A stretch of DNA of 64,000 bases, from positions 992,001 through 1,056,000 of the forward strand of contig CDLV01000010.1 of assembly GCA_001244265.2 (NCBI GenBank), given 5' to 3'. Made by a program: the position numbers and the translations under genes. Below, piece by piece: positions 14,618 to 25,308 of this stretch (the stretch's first letter is position 1; every line of letters begins with the position of its first letter). The stretch comes from Microbotryum violaceum. Lineage: Eukaryota. Under the pieces are notes generated by a model. That model was not told the origin of the DNA, did not search any database, and saw nothing but the letters and a program-made list of their open reading frames with translations.

Positions 14618-14955
14618 TTGGGAGGGGTAGCCATGGGGAGCTCACGTACCATAGTACAATGACTGACTTACTATTTTGAGGCTCTAACCCACCGCAAAGG
14701 AAGCGGAGTTGTGGCAGATGATATCGGATCGGGGAGGAGACTTGGGTACAAGGGCCTGAAGCGAGAAGGGTGCCCTTGTCGACTGCGCGATGCGGAGTTG
14801 AGCGCCGGTGGGATCGTTGAAGATCGCTCAAGCATTCGACCAATTTGTGTCATTCGCTGTCTTCACAAAACTGAACATGTAGAGTTCTTACGCGTAACTC
14901 TACTCTACTTCAAAGCTGGGATGCCTTCGCTGTTGTCCGAGACACAACCCCACTC

Positions 14956-15001
14956 TGTAAGGCGCCGCTCCGCTTACGCCTCACGGCGACTTCGAGCCAA
15001 C
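14956..15001 (+). repeat. 46-bp LTR fragment at the inner end of the left arm
   Basis: Identical to one end of the 16886-17084 solo LTR and breaks off at 15001. Confidence 0.85.
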
Positions 15002-15518
15002 GTTCGTCGCGAGTTGCCGACTTGGTCAGTCGAGCGTTGTGAACCTGCACAAAGATTCAAGATTCGTGAGTCCCCCGTCAGTCAACCTGGGATAAACTGA
15101 TCCGAACACTGATCCGAACACCCAACGACGTACCTCAGCACCCGACCTGGATTTTCAGAATGTGATGGATCAATGGAATGGGGAGTTTGTGGTGAATCTC
15201 GCCCAGGATCAACATGTTTTTCGTCACCTTGGGCGCCATTTCACCATAAACCTATTACGTGAAGCATTGCAGGGCACATTGCGGGCCTGCTCGACGGCCT
15301 CCAGTGGCGGACTCATAGATTTTGCTGGAAAGTTATTTTTGTAGAAATCACGGTGTTATATGGACCAACTACTTCCTGAATATATGCTCCTTAGCCTCAT
15401 TGAATAAAATCAAGTGAAGCGCCTTTTGATGGGATTTTAGCACAGAAACTTGTTGGGGTCAAGAAAGCAATCCGCCCGCTCGTGTGCAAGTACAGGCTTT
15501 GCAGTTACATATACGAAG

Positions 15519-15749
15519 TGTAAGCGAGGTCAAACGTCAAGCGCGCGTTAAGCGATCCTTAAGCAGGGCGAGTCATCGCAGCGCTGGCTATGCGCGGATT
15601 ATGAGGTTCACCCAATTCAGCCGCGCGCGTATGCGTCCTTATGCACACCTTATGCACCGTTAAGCGCTGTTAAGCGCGCGTAATCTCGGGCGAATCCTTA
15701 AGCGGGTTCGCGCGCGTGGCCATGTTGCTCTTGCCCCCCCCCCTTACTG
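15519..15749. repeat. Cluster of TTAAGCG/TTATGC motifs ending in C-run-TTACTG; possible orphan DNA-transposon end
   Basis: About ten short related motifs in 230 bp; no partner end found in the window. Confidence 0.4.
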
Positions 15750-15790
15750 AAAATATGCAAGCTCCGCACTGACCATCGAGGTAAGACGGC

Positions 15791-16657
15791 TTGGTTGGTC
15801 TGGAGGACGAGAGGGGGATATTAATCAACCGAGCGGGATCCTTGACCGTAGTTGCCAGCAAGGTCAGCTTCCGCGCCAAGGGCGGTGTCGTCCCTCCGTT
15901 GGGTCTCCTCTGGGCGGCCGAGCGTCGGCATCTGGCGCCAACGACGACGGGCGAAATCGATCAGGCGCTGCGAGAACAACCGGGTCGTGACCCGATCAAG
16001 AGTTTGTCCAATAGGGAGAACGCCGTCGCTAGCTTCGATAAGGAGCCGATTCAGTTCAATGATGCCCTGTGGTTGATCCGCGCCTTTGTCAACGACTACC
16101 TCGGCTCTGATGGTGGCGTCGTGTACACGAGTCCGATCGACGACCCCGCAGTCCCCGACGACGTTCAAGGGCGGTCGATCGCGAGCCTGTTCCCGTACTT
16201 TCTCCAGTACAGGGGTCTCATCAGCCACCCATGGGCCGAATACTTGCTCTCGTGGTGCGATGACCTCGGCACCCACGGCAAAGATTTTGCGGCGAACATC
16301 GCTTTGTTCCGAGACGTCACAACGAAGCGCGACTACCGAAACTTGAAGGGCACGGCGATCACGATTCAACCCATCACACCCACCTCTACTTCCTCGGCTC
16401 CTTCGACGTCGCCGATACCTCCATTGAGGGGCAGCGGAGTAGAAGTGGACCCCTCCACGCTTGAGCCTCGTCCTGTCGCAAGCAGCCCGTCGCGCTCGCC
16501 GAGGTCCTCGGCACGGTCGTCCACGCCAACTGCATCATCGTCGACAAGTCTACCGACCGGTGTCGCTGGACCGGTTCCATCAACCTTGTCGGCTCTGGGG
16601 AGGCGAACGCGGGCCAGGGTGGTGGAAAGCGAGGAGAAGGAGGAGGAGGAAGCCTAG
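15791..16657 (+). CDS. Hypothetical 288-codon ORF in the inverted-repeat spacer; probably a 5'-truncated gene or TE fragment
   Basis: Long open frame with protein-like composition and a Ser/Pro-rich then acidic tail. No in-frame ATG and no recognised domain. Confidence 0.4.
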   Translation: MVGLEDERGILINRAGSLTVVASKVSFRAKGGVVPPLGLLWAAERRHLAPTTTGEIDQALREQPGRDPIKSLSNRENAVASFDKEPIQFNDALWLIRAFVNDYLGSDGGVVYTSPIDDPAVPDDVQGRSIASLFPYFLQYRGLISHPWAEYLLSWCDDLGTHGKDFAANIALFRDVTTKRDYRNLKGTAITIQPITPTSTSSAPSTSPIPPLRGSGVEVDPSTLEPRPVASSPSRSPRSSARSSTPTASSSTSLPTGVAGPVPSTLSALGRRTRARVVESEEKEEEEA

Positions 16658-16885
16658 GAGCATCGGTAGGACGTTTGTGGACTCGGTTTGTGCTATTTCG
16701 TGGATTCTTTTGTGCTATTTCGTGGGTTCGTTCGTGCTGGTTAGAACATCAGTACCCATTTGCTGCAGTCTACGTGTCAATAGACCTGTATTGTTCAGGA
16801 ATTTTCGATTACGACGTACTCGGGGGGTTGGAGTGGACTGGGCCGAGCGCCCACCCCTTTCGGTATCATGGCGGTCCGACGAGTG

Positions 16886-17084
16886 TGAAAGGCACGAGAT
16901 TGCTCTCGAACCTCACTGAATCGAATCTAAACATAAAGGATCAAACGGTTTATTCGCAGGCGGAGAAAGACTACTTAAAGGACTAAGGTCAAGAGACGCG
17001 GCGGCGCCGCGCGCGAGGGCAAGCGTGAGGCCGCAGAGGTTGGCTCGAAGTCGCCGTGAGGCGTAAGCGGAGCGGCGCCTTACA
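16886..17084 (-). mobile_element. Intact 199-bp solo LTR with 5-bp TSD
   Basis: TG...CA ends, flanked on both sides by GAGTG (16881-16885, 17085-17089). Confidence 0.9.
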
Positions 17085-17422
17085 GAGTGGGGTTGTGTCT
17101 CGGACAACAGCGAAGGCATCCCAGCTTTGAAGTAGAGTAGAGTTACGCGTAAGAACTCTACATGTTCAGTTTTGTGAAGACAGCGAATGACACAAATTGG
17201 TCGAATGCTTGAGCGATCTTCAACGATCCCACCGGCGCTCAACTCCGCATCGCGCAGTCGACAAGGGCACCCTTCTCGCTTCAGGCCCTTGTACCCAAGT
17301 CTCCTCCCCGATCCGATATCATCTGCCACAACTCCGCTTCCTTTGCGGTGGGTTAGAGCCTCAAAATAGTAAGTCAGTCATTGTACTATGGTACGTGAGC
17401 TCCCCATGGCTACCCCTCCCAA

Positions 17423-20024
17423 GTTTTTGTAGGAACATTCGTCGTATTGCCTCCAGTTCTTGGTTCCCCTGTTTAGCCCAAACACTAGATGCAGTTCGAC
17501 GATGACAACAAGAACGGCCCGCGGGATGCGAGTTTCAAGTGACCCAAACACGCGGTAGCCGCCCCCCCGTTTTTGTTTTTGTTTTTGTAGAGCTTGTTCA
17601 TCATATTGCCCCCAGTTCATGTTCCCCCTGATTGGCCTACGGAAAAACTAATGGAAGTCGCCGATGATAACACAAACCGCCCGCAAGATGCGAGAAACGG
17701 GCCGGTGTCCACCAATCCGATACTTCGGATTCAAGTGCCCCAGCCAAGCGGTTTGCCCCTCCCCCAGGAGACGAATGAGGAGGAGAGAGAGAGAGAAGGA
17801 AGAGAAAGAGTAATAAAACGATTTACTAACGACAAGAGGCCCACCCCGCACCCACTTCCCAACTCGGTCGAGACAAAGACAGGAGAGCGACTGCGCAGCT
17901 ACCCTGACCCGCGAAGTCCCAAGTCTATGCTCGGTCACAACAAGACGCGGTGGAACCCCTCAAAACCTCCACCTCAGCAGTCCCTGGCTCCTCAAAACCG
18001 ACTTTCTGCCTGTATCTGCTGATCCCTCCCTTGACTCGGAACCCCGAAGCCAAAGAGCGCGAGCCACCGTCGAGTCAATCCCAAATCGCGAGCCGGTCCA
18101 TAAGCAACGAAAGCAGTCCTGTAACGTATGAAAAAAGGAAGGCAAGATATGTAGAATACAGTGTTTCGTTGGAAGATGAAGTGTGATGGGGTGTGTGGGC
18201 TTGGGGTGGGGTGGGGGGGGGGGGGGGGGGGGAATACGAACCCGGCCTCTACTGCCCGCCCTCGCCGGCCTCTTGCTCCTCCCGCCCTCAACTTCATCCT
18301 CTCCTCCAGTACCACCCTCCTCCTCTCCACGCTCTCCATCCTCGTCCCTTGCTTCTGCATCGTCCATCTCCCACTGCTGATCATCTCCAAAACCATCCCT
18401 GTGAAGATCTCGATCGTCCTGCCCGCCCCTTCCTGTTCGCTGAGCTTGGCCTTGAGCTTGGGGAGGCCAAAGAGCCGTTGCAGTGTCGTGTACTGGGCGT
18501 CCTCGATCGTGTTGCACCCGAGTGCGTCGCAGAGCACGCCCCTTGCCGCGATCCAGACGTTCCGCGAGTCAACGCAGCCGAAAAAGTAGTGGTCGGTGTC
18601 GTCCACCGGCGCTTCGCAGACGAGGCACGCGGGAGAAGTGTCGTGGTTTTGTTGGTGTTGCAGCTTGCGCGTCGGGGTGAAGCGGAGAATCAGCTTGAAC
18701 CAAACTTCCCTCTCCCTCGCCGTCAGTGCCTTCGTGTTGACCGCCTTCCAAAAGCTCCTGAGGTCGTCCGGCTGCGGTGGTCCCTTGAGCCCGAGCGTGT
18801 TGGTAAAGGCCTTCGCGTTCAGGACCCGGCGGATGCGACGGATGGTGTACGGTCGAGCCATGTTCAGCAGCTTGTACTGGCTCGCCTGCTGTGGAAGCAC
18901 CGGGTCCGGAAGGCGCTGCTCCATTGCGAAGCGGGCCACGGGCTTGGGAGAATCGCCTCGAGCGGTGCGCTGGTGCCGATCCGGGGAGGCACGTTGAGCC
19001 GTCCCGCCGCCACCCCACCGCCAAGGGCGTGTTCTTGTGTCGATCGACAGTGAACCGGTACCAGGCCGCGATTTCCAGTCGCTGCGGGAGCCCGCATCGA
19101 TCGTATTCGCTGTTGTCGCCGAGCACATCCGCCGGCGGCGTCCAAAGGTGAAGCCCCACACCCGCATCCCACCCGCATCCAACTCAGGCCGATAAAGACC
19201 CGCCACCTTCGGGTAGCCCTGGAGACGAAGGTAGTCAGGTACATGAACCGCGTCGATGGTCTGTCTCCCTCTGATGGGGGTGTGGAGGCTGCCGAGCAGG
19301 GTGGGCAGCGCGAGCAGGTTCGCGGTGGTCAAGGCCCTCGGGTTGACCTGCGCGTTGTGATGTTTCGGAACCTCCAGTGCTGCTCGCCATCGGGGATGGA
19401 GGTCGTTGGGGATGGAGTGGATGGATGTGGCCAGAGATCGGTGGCCAGGTCGAGGTCGGGCTGAGCTCGGTGGAGTGCCGAGAAGAACGTCCCAGATCCG
19501 TGCCGCAAACGCGTCCACGACGTCCTGCATCCTGATCTATCCTGATCACCTCGAGTCCCCCCTTGAGCTTGGCTGTGAACACGATGTCTCTGCCGTAGCT
19601 GGTCCTACCCTTGCCCCCACGGACGAAATCGACGAGCAGTCATCGAGCTCATTGACGACTTCGGGCGGTGGGATGTCGGCTGCAAGGAAGTGCAGGATCT
19701 TGGGGATGGCGTACCGATTGACGTAAAAGGCACGGGTGTGGTGCGTGAGCCGCGCTCCAGTGTCGCCTCGAGGCGTTCGATGAGATTGGCGTAGGCGAGT
19801 TCGGTGTCCCCACTGGGGTCGAAGGGGAGGCCGATCCACTCGAGCGACTCGCCTGCGGCCTTGACGACGAGCAGGCGTTGCCCCGGGTCCTAGCGGCGTT
19901 CGATCGGTAGAACGACCGTCTTGTCCGTGTTGAGCCGGCCATTCGTTGCATGCCTCCAGTCGAGCGCCAGGTCATGGAGCGAGTTGAGTGAAACCAAGCC
20001 CGCCGCGACGGCGACGACGGCGTC
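17423..20024 (-). mobile_element. Duplicated LINE stack (old 3' end 17423-17567 plus 5'-truncated LINE 17569-20024)
   Basis: Mirror image of 12013-14617. Confidence 0.88.
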
Positions 20025-20107
20025 GCCGCCCCCCTGTGATTGTGGCCGGATGGAATATAGAAACCCTACCAACGCGGGCTACCATGAGATAAAACAACTC
20101 CTATTGG

Positions 20108-20180
20108 GCCTGGTTAGCTCAGTCGGCAGAGCACTTGACTCTTAATCAAGTTGTCGCGGGTTCGAGCCCCGCATCGGGCT
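20108..20180 (+). tRNA. tRNA-Lys(CTT), intronless
   Basis: Cloverleaf with A-box TAGCTCAGTCGG, B-box GGTTCGAGCC, anticodon CTT and a T6 terminator shortly downstream. Confidence 0.96.
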
Positions 20181-20763
20181 TTTGAGAAAGATTCTTTTTT
20201 GCGGCCCGGTGGGTAGCTGCTGAGGTCGGTATGTGGTTCACGTTCACTGTTTTTTACATAATTGGAGCAAGTTCGGACAGATTCAAAGCCGTGTCCCGCT
20301 TGCTTCATGTCTCGTCCAAGTGCGACGCATTTGCTGAGGACATAATAACTTCGCGCAGCATCTTGAACGTTCTCGACCTGGCTTTTTATGCATTGCGCGC
20401 AGATCGCAAAATTTGTCACGCGCGCGCATCAAAACCTTGGAGCAGCGAATTCCTAGGTCTCATGTCGGAAGGCTGGCTACGGGAACAAGATGATCATGGA
20501 ATGGACACTGTGCCGAGACGATCGGTAGTGAGCTGCCAGTGACCCCGACTTCGGTGGCCGACGCTGGGATCTACGATGCAAGTCAAGATGCACTGGGAAC
20601 GGAGATGAAACGGTGAACTTGATGGAGTTTTGCCACACGGGAATCGAAATAAGGGACTGCTATTGGACGCATTTCTCACCAAGCTCGAGACCGCCAAAGT
20701 AGCAGACAGTGACTGTCGATTGCAAGAGCGGCTTTTGTACACTAAAATTCAAAGGAAGCGCAT

Positions 20764-22763
20764 CTAAAGGGAAGCTACATGGTGTGCAATGACCCCGTCC
20801 AAACTCGTCGCGGCCTGGTGCACATCGCGGAACGAGTTGTACAGCGGGACGGGCGCGAGACGAATGACGCCAGGCCTCCTCTCGTCGCCGAGCACACCCG
20901 CACTCCTCAGCCCGTCAAAGATGACGTCCATTGCTTCGGGCGGACCGAAAAGAAGCGAGAGCTGCGCACCCCGTTGCTCTGGGTCGCTTGGGGTGATGAG
21001 GGTAAACTTGATTTGCTGGCGCTCCGTCGAATGAACGCGCTCCATGCTGACGTAGTAAGGGCTCTGCTTCAGCAACGCCTCGAGGTAGCCCGTCAAAAGC
21101 AAGCTGCGGTGCCTCAGGGCGGCCATGAACGACGCCGATCCCGCAGACGCCGACGAGCCAACGGACTGAAAGACTTGCAGCGAGCTGTATAGCGAGATGA
21201 CGTCGAGCACCGAAGGGTTTGACAACTGCCAGCCCGCGGCGCCGGGGCTCGGCGCAAAGACATTGGGCATCGCGAAGCGCGTCGAGGTATCGTGGCCCCA
21301 CCATCCAGCAAGTCTGCACAGTCATAGTCGCGAGGAGACACATCAAGTTCAGAAGGGCTGATCTCCAGTCTAAGAGAAGGACGGCGGACCGAAGGGCTGC
21401 TTACCGCTTCTTGTCGGCCCAGCGCTCGTGGACGTAGAGGCCAGCGATACCACCCGGTCCTGAGTTGAGATACTTGTACGAGCACCAGGCGGCAAAGTCG
21501 ACGCCCCAGTCATGTAGACGGATGGGTACGTTGCCGACGGCGTGGGCGCAATCGAACGCGACGAGGCAGCCCTTAGGTGAGGAGATCGAGTTCAGTCTGC
21601 GCTACCGACGGTGCACATCACGACGGGGAACGGCGCAAGGTACTAACCTTGGCATGACCAGCCCTGGTGATCGTTTCCATGTCAAACCACTGGCCCGAGT
21701 AGTACTGCACGGCGCCAAAGCAGATGATGGCGATCGAGTCGCCTTGCTCTTCGATCATGTGAAGAATGTCTTCGGTGCGGAGCGTGTACTCGCGGGGGCG
21801 CGGGTCCATCGGCAGCAGCGACGAAGGGGCGAGACCGCGCATCTCGACTTGGGAGGCGAATGCATACTGCATGTAATAAGTCGACAGACAGGCAACGTGA
21901 GCTTGTGGGCGAGTCCATAGGCGGGGGTGCGCGAAAGGGGCCGGGACGTACCTGATCCGAGGGGAAAGCCTTGCCTTCGTACAAGATCTTGTGGCGATCC
22001 GAGGTCGGCCGGTAAAAGGTCGTGAAAAGGATGTGGATGTTGGAGGTGAGGGAACCCATGCAAGCGACCTCGGAGGGTTTGGCCCCTATCCCCAAAGATA
22101 GCATGTAGCTTTCAGCCACCCTGGCCGAGCGAACCTAGGAGAAATCGAAAAAACCGGGGGCAAGGACTGACCCACGATCTCGGCCAAAATCGGGGTGACG
22201 ATTTCGTCAATTTTGACCCAAGGACGTTCGTAAGGATGCTCGACATGGCCCAAAACACCCCTGTCGTACGCGGGACCGAACGAGAGCGCGGGAGGCGAGA
22301 GAAGACGAGGTGGGGTTGAGCGGGTGTGGGGGTGCGCACGGACGGACGGGGGCAACGGGGGGCGGGGGGGTCGTCAGCAGCAGCAGCGGCCACGGACACC
22401 GCGCACGGTTCCAGATCAATCCGATGCGATGTGTACTTACTGTGACTTCCAGGCCTCGAGTTCCTCTTGTATCAACTTGGGTGTCGAGTTGGGCATGAGA
22501 CCCAAGCTGTTGCCGGCGAGATAGACGCTTGGCTCCGAGTCTCGCGCCGAGCTCGAGGCGGTGGCCTTGGCCACACCCGGCGGACGCACGGTCGCAACCG
22601 AGGGAAAACTGAATTGATCCGAACGCGAGACGGTCTCCTGCTGGTCGAGGTAGGCGGCAAACTTGGGCGAAGTGAGCGAGGATTCTCCCGAGGCGGCGAG
22701 GGCGGCGGCGAGACGACGCTGGACATCATCGTCCGCGTGGGGCTGCAACGAGTCCATCATCAT
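20764..22763 (-). CDS. BNA5: Kynureninase (PLP-dependent), about 6 exons
   Basis: [87 protein letters not shown] introns. Confidence 0.95.
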
Positions 22764-22893
22764 CGATCACTTGGGAGCGTGCGGGCAAAGGCGACGAGCG
22801 TAAAGAGGGGAACGAGCTTTCAAGATCGGGGAACTGGGATGTGACACGTGAGAGGTGAGATGAGGGGGAGGGGGGACGGTTAGAAGTGGGGTC

Positions 22894-23143
22894 TGAGAGC
22901 CTAACTCATTGCTATTAGTCTTGGTTAATACTTTATTCTGCGCGCGCGCCTATCTTTGTCTTTGCGTCTTTTTTCCTTCTGGGTTCCTTCTCCACGCTAT
23001 TCTCATCATCTCACTCGTGTATCTCGGAGCTGAGTCGTGGAGTACCTCTTAGGTTAATTACTGCAAAGCCACGCTATTCTCATCATCTCACTCGTGTATC
23101 TCGGAGCTGAGTCGTGGAGTACCTCTTAGTCCTTGTTGCAACA
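22894..23143 (+). mobile_element. Solo LTR (250 bp) with an internal 61-bp direct repeat
   Basis: TG...CA ends; flanks GGGTC / GGGAC (4 of 5 match); repeat copies at 22992-23052 and 23069-23129. Confidence 0.75.
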
Positions 23144-24238
23144 GGGACCTAGGAAGAAGTGGCAGAGGCACAGTACAAAGGGTGGGGTGGGTCGCAAACA
23201 GATTCGGACGGGTCCGTTCGTCTCCGTTCGCCGCATCGCATCCTCTTTGGTTGAGTGTTCAGTTATTAATCCTTCTAGCGCACCGCTTGCATCCGAGTTT
23301 AGCATAGTATCGCAATTGCGCCAGAGTAGTCAGTTCCATCATCATTTTCGGCTTTTTTCACCACACTCCCATCAGTACTAGACGAGTTTCGCTCACTCCC
23401 CTCTCGGACAAGTTCACCTCAGAGCTAGCGCCGTCTGAAACGTGTTCATGCAAGGTATCCACTGGATCGGCTCCACATGGCGGTGTAGCGCTTTTCGATG
23501 AGCTGAGGTACCACTAATTGACTGTAGGGGTGCTCAGTAGTCCCTGCAAATGGATCTGCTGCTGTAATACAAGCCGCTGGCGGCTTGGCTCATCGCCCGA
23601 GTCCGTTTCCAAACAAGTTCAAATGGGGATGATTTTGTATGTGTTTCAAATCGACGCGGGCATACGGTTTTGGGGTGGTTTTATTGCTATGTAGCACACG
23701 TTTGCCAGCAAGTGAAAGCCCTGGTCCCGTCCTACTTCGGAGATGAGGTCAAAGAGGTCACGTCTACTAATGATGGGAGTGTCACTGACTCACTATGGTT
23801 AAGTAGTTTGCGTCGCCTTTGGCTACGAAGAAGTCGAGCAAGGCTCGGCTTACAATGAGCTGTCACAAGCTTCCTACGGAATTGACCGTATTTGCACATC
23901 TTGAGTGAAGAGATGTGCCGGAAAGCGCCCACTATTACGTAACGCGAGGTCGAGCCACAGAGATCACGTGACCGTCCACGACGTGCTCAACCGCCGAACC
24001 TGATCCTATAACCTCCGATGAGATCGGCGCCGGGAGCCGTCCCAACTTCTGAATCCTGGATTGCTGGGTGGTCATTCTAACTAGTAACTTCTAAGGGAAG
24101 CCTGCGTAAACGGATGGGCCATCTCTGTGGTCAAACATTATTAAAGGGCTTGCTGTCGGCCTTGCTGTTACAACCTTTAGTAAACGAATAGTAGCCGTCC
24201 GTGGCGACTCTGGCGACTCGCGAGATACTACTTAGTTA

Positions 24239-25070
24239 CTAGTCCCACTCAAAAACCCCGTAGAGAAAGCGCGCCGAACCATTATCTGAGAAAGTCTAAT
24301 TCGAAAAAAAACGAAAGCGATTTTCGTCAAGGTCGAGTTTCTGCGGACGTTGCGAACGCGCACGCGGCAACCTTTTCCGCCTTTCAAAAACTGAGGGAGA
24401 TGGTCTGTGCGCAAGCGATCTGACATGAGAACGAAGACGCGTCACGCGATAACCCGATAGGAGCGTCTGCCGGCGCGTCCTTCCGCGACTCGTTGGCTTA
24501 GGGGTTCCTTTCCGACACCCTCCGGCACATCTTCTCCTTTGGCCTCTTTGGTTTCCCACTCCCTACTCGTACTACTCGGCGTTCAGAGCGTCAATTTCGC
24601 CTTTATTAGAGGAAAATGGGGCAGCGCTGCAGCACTAGTCGCGGCCTAGGAACGCTTTAAGTTGGAAGAAGAGGTCCGAGCGCGAAGCTCGAGGGCGTCT
24701 AACCACATCTGCCTTCGGCCAATCTCCGCGTGCTGGAGTTGAGCGTTCGAAGAAAGGCCCTATCCGGCGGGGCGACACGAGCTCACGAAAGGAGCGCGAC
24801 AAGTTCATTTATAGGGGCCACCGCCGCTCGGCGTTCCACGTGACCTTCGCAATCTACATCACGAAATAACATAAAAGTGAAGAGATCTGGCCAAAAATCC
24901 GAGGCCGAGGTCAGATTTTCAAAAGCGCCTCAAACGCGTTTGCTTTTCAAAAAATGAAGCGATCGCGATCGAGCCTAACCCAAAGAGGAAGGCGCGAGCG
25001 ATTTCACAAAGTCTAAAGTTCAGAATTTGAAGCGCTCGGACGGTCGTTTGGGGTTTTTGAGTGGGACTAG
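24239..25070. mobile_element. Non-autonomous TIR DNA transposon (MITE-like; TA target suggests Tc1/mariner superfamily)
   Basis: Perfect 21-bp TIRs CTAGTCCCACTCAAAAACCCC (24239-24259) and its complement (25050-25070), with TA on both sides. No transposase ORF. Confidence 0.85.
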
Positions 25071-25308
25071 TAACTGGCAGCCGCACGTCATCGGGGGGGA
25101 GTGGTAATATTCGTGCGCAAAAAGACCGCCGACGGACAAAAACCCGACAAGCGGGCGGGCGCGTTCGGCGCAACATTACCCGCCTGACGGCCGACTTGCC
25201 TTCGCAAGCGGCGTGCGCATTAGTTGACCCAGGCGTGACTTCGTAACTCGACCTGTCGACTGGCGCTCATCGTCCGTCTATCCGTCAACGCGCGGCCACT
25301 CGATCACG

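Larger units (their letters stand above)
11559..15001 (+). repeat. Left arm of a 3.44-kb inverted duplication
   Basis: Reverse complement of 17039-20478; the ORF track is mirrored (coordinate sums 32037-32040). Confidence 0.97.
17039..20478 (-). repeat. Right arm of the 3.44-kb inverted duplication
   Basis: Reverse complement of 11559-15001; only three 1-nt homopolymer differences noticed. Confidence 0.97.

Noticed and set aside
17992-19530. 512-aa ORF in the right arm, longer than any in the left arm
   Set aside because: Produced by 1-nt homopolymer differences joining frames of the same decayed LINE ORF2; possibly sequencing error.
22992-23129. Repeat-spacer-repeat resembling CRISPR (also 55583-55712 and 9406-9480)
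   Set aside because: Only two copies, eukaryotic context, inside LTR-like elements, no cas genes.
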